Of a stretch of DNA of 64,000 bases, positions 35,385 to 45,566 are shown piece by piece. How positions within the stretch are numbered: the first letter of the stretch is position 1; the number at the start of each line of letters is the position of its first letter. The DNA is taken from the IMG/VR virus record IMGVR_UViG_3300021066_000068, positions 46,135 to 110,134 of that record. One strand, given 5' to 3'. A model generated the notes under the pieces. It worked only from the letters and a program-made list of their open reading frames with translations. It did not search any database and was not told the origin of the DNA. The DNA is from a virus. Lineage: Duplodnaviria > Caudoviricetes. The position numbers were made by a program, and so were the translations under genes.

Positions 35385-35566
35385 GACCAGATATCCCCCT
35401 CCTCTTCGTCTTTACGGGTGCAGACCGCCATGGCGAAAAAGATCGCCCCGAAAATGGCCAGCCCCATGGAGACCCAGGTGGCGAGCGTCGCGACGCTCGC
35501 CTGCACCACAACAAACGCCAGAACCGCACAGGCGGCGGCAATAAGGATGAGCATCAAGCGTGACAT
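35381..35566 (-). CDS. Membrane protein
   Basis: Two TM helices, coupled. Confidence 0.55.
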   Translation of the reverse strand: MSRLMLILIAAACAVLAFVVVQASVATLATWVSMGLAIFGAIFFAMAVCTRKDEEEGDIWS

Positions 35567-36120
35567 CAGCGGGTTCCTTCCATCGGTTGCAGGATTTCAC
35601 GGCACGGCTCGGCGCGAATGATGCACCGGACATTCTGGCCCGTTCCCCCAAGCGCCCCCGACACCGCCTCATTCAGGCGGCCTGAGAACGTGTCCATGGG
35701 GTCGGAGGGCCCACACCCTTCCCGCTTGCGGCGAGCAAGCTTGAGATTTTGATACTGCGCTCCTTCCTTCCAGTTCACCTGGGCGGCCCATATCTTGCGC
35801 GCCGCCTCCATGGCATTGTCGGTCGTGGTGTGCTCGGTAGACACGATTTCGATGATGCGCCCGGTGCATTCCGGCCGCTTATTGCCATCGTCTTCGTCCT
35901 CCGGCCAATTGCGTCGCCAGTCTGGATCGGCATAGTAGTTTAGACGACGCTTTTTCTTGCTCTCCACCCAGATGCGCTTCTTGTGGCAATGGAAGCGGAA
36001 TTCATCGCAGCGCGTGACGGTGCGATAATAGCCCGCCTGGGCGGGCGCCGGATAGAGTATCCAGGTGACGTCCAAAAGTGCGGCGATAAGAACCGCCGCG
36101 ATGATGATGGTCCGGGTCAT
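35566..36120 (-). CDS. Exported Cys-containing protein
   Basis: Signal peptide ending PAPAQA; six Cys. Confidence 0.65.
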   Translation of the reverse strand: MTRTIIIAAVLIAALLDVTWILYPAPAQAGYYRTVTRCDEFRFHCHKKRIWVESKKKRRLNYYADPDWRRNWPEDEDDGNKRPECTGRIIEIVSTEHTTTDNAMEAARKIWAAQVNWKEGAQYQNLKLARRKREGCGPSDPMDTFSGRLNEAVSGALGGTGQNVRCIIRAEPCREILQPMEGTR

Positions 36121-36314
36121 GCTTCACCCCACGTTCAGAATGGCACAATTATACCTTGACGCCAGCTTACTCGCCTTGGCTCGTGCTTCGTGGAAGCGCA
36201 AATCCATACCCACAACCGTTGGGCGTTTATCCACGCCAATCAGCACGAGGTTGTGCTTGTTTTTCTCTCCGGCGGGGCGGATTTCCACCCGCGACAGGCC
36301 TTCCAGGTCTGGGT

Positions 36315-36584
36315 TCAATGGCGTATTCCTTCGCTTGCCGGTATCCACACCAGCATTCCCTCAACGTCCTGCATCACCACCGAGACCTCTTCGCCATAGG
36401 CGTAGCCCGGACTAATCGGATGGTTGCGCAGCGCCACCTGCATGCGCCCCTGAACATCGAGGCCCTTGACCTCGGCCCAGACGCGCTCGGCATCGGCAAT
36501 CCGCACCTTGACCATATCGCCCACTTCAATCCAGCGGGATTGATCAGTGCCGCCGCGCTCGGGAGGTCCAGTTTTTTCCAACAT
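36315..36584 (-). CDS. Hypothetical protein
   Basis: VGDMVKV...ERVWAEV...LRNHP. Confidence 0.5.
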   Translation of the reverse strand: MLEKTGPPERGGTDQSRWIEVGDMVKVRIADAERVWAEVKGLDVQGRMQVALRNHPISPGYAYGEEVSVVMQDVEGMLVWIPASEGIRH

Positions 36585-37699
36585 CAGTGTGCCCCTCCAT
36601 GCTTCGCCCGCCACTCCGGCCGCTCCAGGCCATCGGTTCCGTAGCGCTCCAGCAAGCGTAACTCATCAATGATTCGTTGCGGAACTTTACAGTCCTTGCG
36701 CCCCGGGACCGGGCCCAGCTTGTCCTCTGGCCAGTGCCCGTTGGCGTTTTTGTTGATGCTCCCTCGCCACTGGTCCTCGGTCACCCGGGCGACGTTGCTC
36801 GGGTTTTCCCACCAGTGGCCCCCGCCGGTTTTGGCCTCCCCGCCCGCAAACCCCTCGAAGCGCCGCTGGCTGATGTAACGCTCCGCGTGAACCACCGGGT
36901 GGTCCGGGTTCTTGCGCAGGAAATCGGCAAATCCGCGCAGGCCACGAACCACCAGCGCTTGATCGTCGGCGCCCAGACGCTGCCACTGCTCGAAGGCTTT
37001 GAGCTTCGACATGATCGGCGTCGTCGGGTAGGTCCGCCAGAACGTCTCGAAGGCGTCCGAGTAAGAATTTTTCTTGCGCCCCGGCTTCGGAATTTCCGAC
37101 GATGAATCTTCACTTTCCTCAACGGTAGTAGTAGGTTGAGAGGTAGTAGTATTAGTTATCTCCGTAGGAGATTCCTTATAGGGGGTGTGGGGGATTTTGG
37201 CTGAAAGGGTATCGGGATAGCGACCCTTTTGACCCGAAAGGGTATCTGGAGCGATACCGTTTTCGGTTGAAAGGGTCTCGCTAGAGCGACCCTTTTGGGA
37301 TGTCTCGACCTCAATTTTCTCCCCGCTCGCATGCACAATGGCCACACTCGCCGTCAAGGCCACTTGCTCGATGTCGGTAATTGTGACCGGGATGTTTGAG
37401 TCGGGCAGGCTGGCCCGGTACTGGTTCTTGATCCCCCGGCCGCCCTTGTTTTCTTTCCCCGACGAATGCTCGTGCCCCACAGGGGTTATCCACAGCCAGC
37501 CATCCCGCACCGGCCGTGCCTTGGCGGTCTTGATGGTGGCTTCGGCCAGCCCCGTGGCAAGCGACAGCGTGCGCGTGTCCCCGGTCTGCACCAAGGGCGC
37601 CACGATGGTTACGAGCTTTTCTGCCGTGCGCATGTCAGACATGGCAACGCGCAGCACCCATTGGCAGTAGGGCATTTCGATTGCGTTAGGCTTGGACAT
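36584..37699 (-). CDS. Phage replication initiator protein
   Basis: N-terminal HTH, internal 11-aa repeats, FETFWRTYP..SKLKAFEQW domain; next to dnaB. Confidence 0.75.
   Translation of the reverse strand: MSKPNAIEMPYCQWVLRVAMSDMRTAEKLVTIVAPLVQTGDTRTLSLATGLAEATIKTAKARPVRDGWLWITPVGHEHSSGKENKGGRGIKNQYRASLPDSNIPVTITDIEQVALTASVAIVHASGEKIEVETSQKGRSSETLSTENGIAPDTLSGQKGRYPDTLSAKIPHTPYKESPTEITNTTTSQPTTTVEESEDSSSEIPKPGRKKNSYSDAFETFWRTYPTTPIMSKLKAFEQWQRLGADDQALVVRGLRGFADFLRKNPDHPVVHAERYISQRRFEGFAGGEAKTGGGHWWENPSNVARVTEDQWRGSINKNANGHWPEDKLGPVPGRKDCKVPQRIIDELRLLERYGTDGLERPEWRAKHGGAH
37203..37296. repeat. Iteron-like origin repeats inside the initiator gene
   Basis: Three 33-bp units starting GAAAGGGT at 37203, 37236 and 37269, two ending ACCCTTTT; AT-richer flank. 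Confidence 0.7.
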
Positions 37700-38168
37700 G
37701 ACGCCCCCTCCGGAACGCGATGTACTCGGCCTCTGTCATCGTACCTTTTTCGAGGTTGCAGGGCCCGCAACTGGGGCGGTAGTTGCCAGACGTGCTGAAG
37801 CCGCCACGCGCCACAGGCGTAGCGTGGTCGACGTGCGTGGCGTGGAAGATATCTGTCCCGCAGTAGTGACACAGGAAGAAATTCCTGCGCCCAACCCTGG
37901 CGCGTTCCGTGTGCCCAATGGGAGCGCGCTGCCTGCACAACTCGGCCGCAATACTAAGTAGCGTACCGAGCCGAATTTTTTTGGCGCGTGCCTTGGTAAT
38001 GCTAAGAATTTTGCGTGCGTCGTCTTCAGAGACCTCGCATTGCGAGCCCCAGCGGTACAAGGTGATTTGGATCAGGGCGCCGCTCTGCTCCAGGGTCATC
38101 GGTTGACCGTCAATTTGCCACGGCCAATCCAGCGGTTTGATTTTTATGGGATGTAGACAGTCAAGCAT
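37686..38168 (-). CDS. HNH endonuclease
   Basis: CHYCG...HVDHATPVARGG...N...CGPCNLEKG. Confidence 0.8.
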   Translation of the reverse strand: MLDCLHPIKIKPLDWPWQIDGQPMTLEQSGALIQITLYRWGSQCEVSEDDARKILSITKARAKKIRLGTLLSIAAELCRQRAPIGHTERARVGRRNFFLCHYCGTDIFHATHVDHATPVARGGFSTSGNYRPSCGPCNLEKGTMTEAEYIAFRRGRHVQA

Positions 38169-39635
38169 TTATGGACGGCTCTCGGTCATCTGGTGGTTGC
38201 GGGCGATATTGCCGAACGCCGCGAGGTCACTATTGAACGCGAGATTGACGGTGCCGGTGGGCCCATGCCGGTTCTTCGCTAGAATGGCCTCGGCCTTCCC
38301 CTTCACCTTGTTGAACTCTTCATTCCACGCCAGGGACTTCTCGATGTCCGCTTCGTCGGGCTTGCGCAGGTTGACGTAATACTCGTCCCGATAGGCGAAC
38401 ATCACAATGTCGGCGTCCTGCTCAATCGACCCGGATTCACGAAGGTCAGACAACGTCGGACGTTTCTCTTCCCGGCTTTCCACACCACGCGACAACTGCG
38501 ACAGGGCCAAAATCGGCAGGTGCAACTCCTTGGCCAGAGCCTTGAGGCCGTTGGTGATTTTGGTAAGCTCCTGGGTGCGGTTTTCCTTCGATGATCCGGT
38601 CATCAACTGAAGGTAATCGACCACGATGAACCCGGTGTTCTTGCGCCGCTTCATGCGCCGGGCGCGGGCCTGAAGTTGGTTGAGGGAGAGCCCGCCCGTC
38701 TGATCGACCACAAAGGAGGCCTCGCGGAGAAATTCCACCGCGTCCGCCATGCGGCGGAACTGAGTTTCGGAGAACTTGCCCCGTCCGATGTGCGCCGCAT
38801 TGACCTCGGCGTGGTTGGCGATGATGCGCGTGGCCAACTGCTCGGCCGACATTTCCTGGCTGAAAAAGTGAACAAAGCCACCCTCCCGTCCCACGGTTTT
38901 CATATGCTGGATGGCGACGTTGACGGCAATGGTAGTGGCGAGCGCGGTCTTGCCGATCCCGGGGCGTCCACCCAGAATGATCAAATCGGTCGGCGCCATG
39001 CCGCCCAGCTTGTCGTCGAGGTCCACCAACCCTGTGGATAACCCCCTCAGTCCTCCGCCGCGCTTGTAGGTGTCGGAGGCCTTCTGGAGGGCCGCCTGGG
39101 CAGCCTCGCCCAAGGAAATCTCTTCCGACCCCTTGGGGCCATCCTCCACCAAGCGCAGGAGGTTTGATTCGACCTCCTCAATGATCGTGGCGGGCTCGGT
39201 GGTCACCGCCCCGTCGTAGCTGGAGGCCACCAAGTCCTCCCCGATAATGATCAGGGCGCGGCGCAGGGCGAGGGCCCGAATCGTTTTGGCGTAATCGGGA
39301 ACGTTGGCAATCGAGGTCGCCGCCGCCGCAAGGTTGCCAAGGTATTGCGCGGCGTTGAGGCCATTGATGGCTGGGCGGTCCTCGAACACCGTCTTCAAGG
39401 TCACCGGAGAAGCCAATCTTCCGGCCGCAACAGTCTGTTGAATAGAATCATAGATGTCGCTGTGGAGCGGGTCGAAGAAATGCGCAGGCGCCAAGTCCCC
39501 GGCACGCTCCAAAGCCGCGTTTTGCAGCAGGACGGCGCCGAGCAAGGCTTGCTCAACTTCGATGTTGTACGGGGGCTTGCGGTAAAACGGGTCATCGGGG
39601 GAAAGAGCCGCCGATCCGTCCGGGCTCAACATCAT
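38169..39635 (-). CDS. dnaB: Replicative DNA helicase DnaB
   Basis: EQALLG, GGRPGIGKT, VVDYLQL, LSQLSR, DLRESGSIEQDAD, KNRHGPTG. Confidence 0.95.
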   Translation of the reverse strand: MMLSPDGSAALSPDDPFYRKPPYNIEVEQALLGAVLLQNAALERAGDLAPAHFFDPLHSDIYDSIQQTVAAGRLASPVTLKTVFEDRPAINGLNAAQYLGNLAAAATSIANVPDYAKTIRALALRRALIIIGEDLVASSYDGAVTTEPATIIEEVESNLLRLVEDGPKGSEEISLGEAAQAALQKASDTYKRGGGLRGLSTGLVDLDDKLGGMAPTDLIILGGRPGIGKTALATTIAVNVAIQHMKTVGREGGFVHFFSQEMSAEQLATRIIANHAEVNAAHIGRGKFSETQFRRMADAVEFLREASFVVDQTGGLSLNQLQARARRMKRRKNTGFIVVDYLQLMTGSSKENRTQELTKITNGLKALAKELHLPILALSQLSRGVESREEKRPTLSDLRESGSIEQDADIVMFAYRDEYYVNLRKPDEADIEKSLAWNEEFNKVKGKAEAILAKNRHGPTGTVNLAFNSDLAAFGNIARNHQMTESRP

Positions 39636-39922
39636 GAGCGAGCCCTCCCGGTGCGGCGCATTTGCCGCTTGACCGTGCCGCTACATCTGGTAATAGACAT
39701 GGCTAGGCCTTTCGGGTCGCCCTCGCGACCGTCCTTTGAGAGGTGACGTGGCAGCCCCGACCCGGCTAGGTCTGAGCAGTTACGCGGTACTGATCTTGGA
39801 TTTTTCTGAATTAGGCCCTGGCAGGGGCCTTTTTCATTTTCGCGGTACGCCGCGACAGGACTCAGACGCTACCTCAAGTGTGGCGGAATCCACAAGTCGC
39901 ATTCCCGCCACACTGGCAATCC

Positions 39923-41062
39923 TTAGGCGACCTGCCTGTCTTCAAAGTTGATCGGCGTGCGCCCGTGGTAATAGACCCCGTTAAGGCCGCCCTTGCGCTC
40001 CATATCGAGCTTGCCAATACGAATGAGGTGCGCCGAGGCTCGTCCGAAATTGTGCAGGTTCAGGGTCGGCCAGTAGTTTTTCCCCTCCGCCCAGGTCAGA
40101 TAGTACATATGCAGGTTGGTGGCCTGGATAGGCTTGCCCCCTTGCGGGGCACGAATGGTGGCCTCCTCGTAGAACTGCTCGACCTGGATGACCGGGTCCA
40201 CGTGAATCTTGGGGCTGTGGATAATGGCCTTGGGCTGGGGAATGGTCTTGGGCTCGGGGTCGTTGTCGGCCTCGAAAGCGTCCTCGTCCTCCTCCCGGCC
40301 GCGAATCGCCACTGCGGTTGAGGCCGCGACAGGGGCGGGCGCCTTCGGCCACAGACCAAAGCCGAAGCCAAAGGCCAGCGGCTTGGCGATGATCAACATG
40401 CAGCCGATCCACAGGACGAGGGCCTTCTGGATAGCGGCCACGGACAGCCCGGTATCCTCCGACAGCGACTTGGCGCCGGGATCGGGCTCGACATAGACCG
40501 GGGCGGCCTTCACCTCGATGTCGGCAAAGGCAAGCTCGGTCTTTTTGTTGCGAATGGCATTGAGTTCGGTGCGGGTGATGTCGCGGTTGATGTTGGCTTG
40601 GCGGGCCATCAGCAGGCTGGAGGCGTTTTCCGCCTCCATTTGCAGGTCATCGAGCAGCCTGTTTCTGACCGCATCCTTGCGCTGCTGGGTCTGGGCGTCG
40701 GCGGTGAGTTCGGCATTGTGGGTCTTTTGCGCCATTTCGGTCTTCGACAGCCGCTCCTTGGCGCCGAACTGGTAGAAGGTCACGATGGTGTAAAAGAGGC
40801 CCACGCAGACGAAGGCCCCCAGGCACCCGGCGGCAATGAACCGCTTGAAGCGGACCAGCGCGCCGACCACACAGGCGAAAAGGGAGACGACCACCACATC
40901 GTTGACAATCGAGGCGGCGCCGTAGACGAGTTGCCCGCGGTCGGTTGACCCCCAGGACACAGAGGTGTCGTAACTGGCGAGGAGGGTAATACCGAGACAG
41001 ACAAACCCGGCGAGAATCAGTAGAACACAGAGCGCATACTGGCCCAAGGGACGAGACTGCAT
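39923..41062 (-). CDS. Membrane-anchored coiled-coil protein with a C-terminal winged helix
   Basis: Four TM segments, coiled coil, LHMYYLTW...FGRA C-terminal domain. Confidence 0.65.
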   Translation of the reverse strand: MQSRPLGQYALCVLLILAGFVCLGITLLASYDTSVSWGSTDRGQLVYGAASIVNDVVVVSLFACVVGALVRFKRFIAAGCLGAFVCVGLFYTIVTFYQFGAKERLSKTEMAQKTHNAELTADAQTQQRKDAVRNRLLDDLQMEAENASSLLMARQANINRDITRTELNAIRNKKTELAFADIEVKAAPVYVEPDPGAKSLSEDTGLSVAAIQKALVLWIGCMLIIAKPLAFGFGFGLWPKAPAPVAASTAVAIRGREEDEDAFEADNDPEPKTIPQPKAIIHSPKIHVDPVIQVEQFYEEATIRAPQGGKPIQATNLHMYYLTWAEGKNYWPTLNLHNFGRASAHLIRIGKLDMERKGGLNGVYYHGRTPINFEDRQVA

Positions 41063-41186
41063 TAAAACCCCCGAAAATGCTTAACTGTTGTGCGCCTCCT
41101 ACGCTGCAATGACCAAATAGAAACGCCCCCAATCTCAAAGGATACTGGGGGCGTAGAAATTTGCAAGTCACGGATGGTGTTCAAGT

Positions 41187-41555
41187 TTACCGGGGCGGAT
41201 GCAACTCTTCTTGCTTCCCCTCGGCCAAGTTCCAAATCCCCTCGGCAATGCATTCAGCATGCACCTCTCCGTGCCCCGGCACGGTCCAGCGGTGGAACCA
41301 GCGATCTCCCGATTTGAACCGCTCTTCTTCGCTCCGGCAATTCTGGCAAACAGCCCGCGCCGCAACGCCCAGCACGGCTTCGGCGGCTTGTTTGTACTCT
41401 TTCCAGTGGGCCTCCGCGTAGCGATCCACCTCCCAGTGCCAGCCGCTATCGTAGCCCCGACTCCCAGCAACGGTGTAGGTCTTACCTTCATGCCGGTAGA
41501 GCATTTTGCCGCCGTGAAGGCGGGCGATGGTTTTGGCGAGGCTTTCAATATCCAT
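41187..41555 (-). CDS. Hypothetical protein
   Basis: 122 aa ORF. Confidence 0.5.
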   Translation of the reverse strand: MDIESLAKTIARLHGGKMLYRHEGKTYTVAGSRGYDSGWHWEVDRYAEAHWKEYKQAAEAVLGVAARAVCQNCRSEEERFKSGDRWFHRWTVPGHGEVHAECIAEGIWNLAEGKQEELHPPR

Positions 41556-41623
41556 GGCCTACTCGTAGCGGCGTTTGAGGATTTTGCGGTAGCCCGCAAT
41601 AAGCTTGATAAGGTCCTTGGTGT

Positions 41624-42427
41624 TCATTCCCGGTCGATTCCACACGTCTCTTTAAACAGCCTGCCCCGGTCGGCCGCATAGCGTCCCGAGCAGTTGATGC
41701 AGTTGAACTCCACAACCTTAAAGCCGGTCGGAGTACGCGCCACATCAAGGGCATAGAAGGCCGCAGGCACCCACTTTTTGGCAACCACGTAGGCAAACAT
41801 CCACAACTCCTCATGCTCGTCATTCGTGACGGGGGCGCAGGTGGGCCGATTGCCGGTTTTGTAGCGGCTCGCCCCCATCATGCGGGGCCCCCGCATATAA
41901 CAGCGAAACTCTTCAAGGATGATCTGGGTTGGCGCAATGATGATTTGCTCGGAATCGCTCAGCGAACAATCCTGCGTGGTCTCAGCAAGCCGCTCGGCAA
42001 TGGACTGCCCGGGCTCGATGACCATGCCTGCGAAGGCCTTCAGGTCGCTGGCGGGCTTTACAAACAGCGGGGTCACGTGCTGCTTAAGGTGCTTGACCTC
42101 CCCCAGCAGCTTAACGTCGGGGTCGGCATTGAGGGCGAGGTCATCGAGAAGCGGCCCGTAGACCGATTGATCAAAGGTCTGTGGGTCGTAGAAGATGTGC
42201 CAGTTCTTCGGGGCCTTCTTCTGAAGCCAGAGCTTGATGAGCTTGGTGCTCCCAAAGGGAATAGCGGGCTTGTCCAGACCACCCTCGGTCTCGCAGGTTA
42301 TTTCGTCGGAGAAAGGAATCAACCCAAAGCACACCGGCTGCATGTCGATCCTGGCGCACGCTTCGAGGTCCTTCACCACCTCGGTGTGGGGGACAAGCAC
42401 GTCCTGGATGGCGACGGTGAGAGTCAT
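41624..42427 (-). CDS. ATP-grasp domain protein (R2K/DUF4343-like)
   Basis: FVKPASDLKAFAG, EFRCY, YALDVA...VVEFNCINCSG.Y. Confidence 0.8.
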   Translation of the reverse strand: MTLTVAIQDVLVPHTEVVKDLEACARIDMQPVCFGLIPFSDEITCETEGGLDKPAIPFGSTKLIKLWLQKKAPKNWHIFYDPQTFDQSVYGPLLDDLALNADPDVKLLGEVKHLKQHVTPLFVKPASDLKAFAGMVIEPGQSIAERLAETTQDCSLSDSEQIIIAPTQIILEEFRCYMRGPRMMGASRYKTGNRPTCAPVTNDEHEELWMFAYVVAKKWVPAAFYALDVARTPTGFKVVEFNCINCSGRYAADRGRLFKETCGIDRE

Positions 42428-42463
42428 GTTCCCGCTCGGTAAGGAAAGGGTGTAGATTTTACA

Positions 42464-42838
42464 CTATTCGGTCGGATGTTCCTGATCGGGACCGACAATC
42501 TCGACGGTTCTGACTCCAGACGCCCTGGCTTTCCGTGTCATGTCCGCAGTTCCAGTGCCGCCTGGAAACGCCACGAGAAGGTCGGGCTTGCCCTCCTCCA
42601 GCATCCGGGAATTGCGCAAAGGTCCCGCTTTCTTGCCGTGTTTACGCCAGTCGGCCGGGTATACCTCGCAGGGGATGCCCCGCTCGCAGCACCACTTGTG
42701 GGCCAGGGCGTCGGCCCCACGGGCACCCCCTTGCAGGACGGTGACGGTTCCATGAGCGGAGAGAAACCCGTCCATGGTATCGTAGAGGAGGGTCTGATTG
42801 AGGAAGTCCCTGCCTCCGGTGACGAGGATACGGATCAT
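42464..42838 (-). CDS. YspA/SLOG family (DUF2493) protein
   Basis: ILVTGGRDF, GGARGAD, AGPLRN, AFPGGTGTADM. Confidence 0.85.
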   Translation of the reverse strand: MIRILVTGGRDFLNQTLLYDTMDGFLSAHGTVTVLQGGARGADALAHKWCCERGIPCEVYPADWRKHGKKAGPLRNSRMLEEGKPDLLVAFPGGTGTADMTRKARASGVRTVEIVGPDQEHPTE

Positions 42839-43031
42839 AGCTTCCTCCCGGCCGCATCATTGATGCGCTGGACCTCTTCCGCTAGCCTACGCTCGGCGGC
42901 GTCGTTGGCATAGAACAGTAGCTGTTCGATCATCTGCATGGGCCATTTTGAGGGCTCGGTGGTGGAATACCCCAAGAGCTTGGCCACAAGTTCGATACGC
43001 TGGGACTGGGACATGCCGAGGAGGGACACGA

Positions 43032-43289
43032 TCAGGTCACCGAGGTTATTTGCGGCTTGGGCCCGAAGCGCTCTATAACGTCTTCGTTGTCCTCCCGGCT
43101 CTTAACCCGCCAGGACACCCCGCAGGTCAGGCAATTGTAGGACGACGTGGTGGTGTTGGGATCGCGACCAATTTGGTTGCCCTTCTTGTCATAGGTCGGC
43201 AGCCAGCCCAGCAGCGTTGTCGAGGAGCCGCGGTATTGGAGGCGGCAGTCCTCCCGGGGACAATCCTTGGTCAGGGTGGCGATGTTCAT
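43032..43289 (-). CDS. Zn-ribbon protein
   Basis: CPREDC...DPN....YNCLTCG. Confidence 0.6.
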   Translation of the reverse strand: MNIATLTKDCPREDCRLQYRGSSTTLLGWLPTYDKKGNQIGRDPNTTTSSYNCLTCGVSWRVKSREDNEDVIERFGPKPQITSVT

Positions 43290-43501
43290 TTCGGCTCCTC
43301 CGATATCCCGACCCGGGCCATCCCCTTCCTGATCTCCACCCGGATAACCTTGGCGGCGGCGCGGCAGATCATCGAGTGGGCGCGACCTTTCTGTGGAAAA
43401 GGGCACCGAGGGTTCATTCTATGGGCAGCTTCCTGAGAAGCATGGTCCAACCAGTTCTCGTCATCGGTTAGGATGTGCAGGCGGACCTGTGGGGTACTCA
43501 C
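43286..43501 (-). CDS. Hypothetical protein
   Basis: Coupled ORF. Confidence 0.45.
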   Translation of the reverse strand: MSTPQVRLHILTDDENWLDHASQEAAHRMNPRCPFPQKGRAHSMICRAAAKVIRVEIRKGMARVGISEEPK

Positions 43502-43662
43502 TTGGACACCTTACGCTTTTTGGGGGAGATGCGGTCAAGAAAGTCGCGCAACGCTGCGTTGACTACGGCGCTTTGGGTGGGTGGAACGCGCTGCTCCTTT
43601 ATCCACAGGCCCATGGCCTCCCAAATATCTTCTTCGATCATCAAGGTGCGCTGCTTTTTCAT
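43498..43662 (-). CDS. Ribbon-helix-helix regulator
   Basis: RTLMIEEDIW...PTQSAVVNAALRDFL; first gene after the divergent promoter. Confidence 0.7.
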   Translation of the reverse strand: MKKQRTLMIEEDIWEAMGLWIKEQRVPPTQSAVVNAALRDFLDRISPKKRKVSK

Positions 43663-43669
43663 GGGCACA

Positions 43670-43711
43670 AACGTAGACCCACTTGACCCCATGTGTCAAG
43701 GCGTCTACATT
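43670..43711. promoter_or_regulatory. Overlapping divergent promoters at the main strand switch
   Basis: Plus TTGACC-17-TACATT; minus TTGACA-18-TACGTT; CTTGAC..GTCAAG inverted repeat. Confidence 0.65.
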
Positions 43712-43743
43712 ATCACTCAACGGAACAACGGAGAATTCTTTTT

Positions 43744-43950
43744 ATGTGGTCCGCAGACCTGACTAGCGCTCCAAAGACCCAGCAGATACTGATGCGGCAT
43801 CCGGACTGGGAATGCCCTGCTGTAGTAAAGTGGGGCGCCTATGACGATTGGTCGGGCTGGGTCTATGCCGACACACTCCTCGCGGACGTTGCGGGCTCCG
43901 TGGATGACGAGTTTCTTTCTGGAGCAGAATGGGCTCCGATACCAGAGTAG
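43744..43950 (+). CDS. DUF551-like hypothetical protein
   Basis: SAPK...WAPIPE. Confidence 0.55.
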   Translation: MWSADLTSAPKTQQILMRHPDWECPAVVKWGAYDDWSGWVYADTLLADVAGSVDDEFLSGAEWAPIPE

Positions 43951-43957
43951 AATCGCG

Positions 43958-44179
43958 ATGCCCTTCAACGCCAAGACCTATTACGCCAATAAGTACAGCA
44001 AAGAGGCGTGGGATTACCTTGCCCAAGCAAGGGATATTAGAGCCCGGCAAAAGCTGGGTACGGCCTATGACTGGGAAGAGCGTCGGGTCGATTTCTGTGT
44101 GAAGCTGGCTAGGAGTTCCATGCGCTCGTCGCTGTGCTATCGGAAGATGCGTGAGTTCGAGAAGGAGGCGCGGCCGTGA
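43958..44179 (+). CDS. Hypothetical protein
   Basis: 73 aa ORF in the operon. Confidence 0.55.
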   Translation: MPFNAKTYYANKYSKEAWDYLAQARDIRARQKLGTAYDWEERRVDFCVKLARSSMRSSLCYRKMREFEKEARP

Positions 44180-44376
44180 ACAGCTTCGGCCCCATGCACG
44201 CCATACGCCACGGCGGACAGTTCGCCTTCACCCGCCGTCAAAAGTGGGCGATTTACGCGGGCGGCTTTGTCTTCGCGTGGCTGATCGGGCAGATGGGCGG
44301 CTGGCTTATTGCCGTCCTGGCTGTTGGGATCGCCAGGACGACCGCAACACTGGACCCTCCCGAGAGGAAGCGATAA
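44176..44376 (+). CDS. Small membrane protein
   Basis: GGAGG RBS, hydrophobic. Confidence 0.5.
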   Translation: MNSFGPMHAIRHGGQFAFTRRQKWAIYAGGFVFAWLIGQMGGWLIAVLAVGIARTTATLDPPERKR

Positions 44377-44582
44377 TGGACCAGTTCAAATACAGCGACT
44401 ACGCCTCTGGGTATCAGGTTGGCTCGGATGAGCCCAACTCTTTGATGGTCTATAATGGATCAGGAGGGTTGGGAGCGATGACTTCGAAGGAAGCCTTTGA
44501 AAGAATCGTTACGGGGCTTCCGTTTTTGATCTGGGAATACGAAATGAAGTACGGGGCTGACGCCGCCAAGTCACGGACTTGA
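44376..44582 (+). CDS. Hypothetical protein
   Basis: TAATG-coupled. Confidence 0.5.
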   Translation: MDQFKYSDYASGYQVGSDEPNSLMVYNGSGGLGAMTSKEAFERIVTGLPFLIWEYEMKYGADAAKSRT

Positions 44583-44642
44583 CGGCTACCTCGCAAGAAA
44601 GGGCTCGGTAGAGCCTACGGCTCTGAGTAAAGTGAGGGTAAG

Positions 44643-45053
44643 GTGGATTTTCAGGCAATGTTCGACGGCATGAGCAATATGGCGCGTTCGACGCGCTCCG
44701 ACTATCATCTTACGCTGGGCAAGCTCATCGAAGCGCTTGAGGGGGTCGCCCCCGACACCGTGGTGGTCTGTAGTGACAACATCTCTGAACATCCTGGCGG
44801 CGCCATCAGCTACCGCGGCTACTATAGCGATTTGGCCTTCAAGCCGTCCGCCAAGCCCGTTACGGTAGCAGAGCTTCTGGCCGAAGCAAAAAATGCTTTG
44901 AATCAAGAATTCACCGGCTACAAGGGCGGTGAATTCCTCATGGGGCCCGACGCGCCGCTGTGGATCGCTCAGTACGGACAAAGCGGGGGGCGCGCGATCA
45001 TCGATATCTCCGTCACCGACGGAGCGGCGACGCTGATTATCAAGCAGGTTTAG
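44643..45053 (+). CDS. Conserved phage protein
   Basis: LTLGKLIEAL...SYRGYYSDLAF...FTGYKGGEF. Confidence 0.7.
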   Translation: MDFQAMFDGMSNMARSTRSDYHLTLGKLIEALEGVAPDTVVVCSDNISEHPGGAISYRGYYSDLAFKPSAKPVTVAELLAEAKNALNQEFTGYKGGEFLMGPDAPLWIAQYGQSGGRAIIDISVTDGAATLIIKQV

Positions 45054-45566
45054 GAGGCTCCCTTGTCGGCCGATCAGAACATTGAAACAATCGTTAAAAG
45101 CATTATCGAGGCTCAGGTCATCCAGGCTTTGAACTCAAGTTCTTAAGGTACATCCGGGGCATGAGCCCGAGCGAAGCCGTCAAGGGCACCGAAAAGGACA
45201 ACAGGGACGCGCGCCCTGTCTCCCCCTCGACCATCCGCAAGCTCCGCCTGCCGGTCAAGGACGGTGGGACAAGATCACCGCAGGCGCGCACCTTGATGCG
45301 CGTCCTGAGCGCCCATGGGGCAAGTCTCGATATCGTCCAGAATGGAAAGATTTGGGAATAGCCATGTTGTTCATCCGCTGGGCGGCCATTTGTTTTCTTG
45401 CGGTCACGGCAGCCACACTGTGGTTGCTGGCCATGACCAATGAGGTTTTCGGCCCCTTCACGCCGATGTCGGTGCGCTTTTTCATCACCGGCACTGCCTT
45501 GGCGGCCACCCTCCTGGTCATTGGTGTCGCCTATGTTCTTATCCCGTCAAACAGGGAGGACCAATC

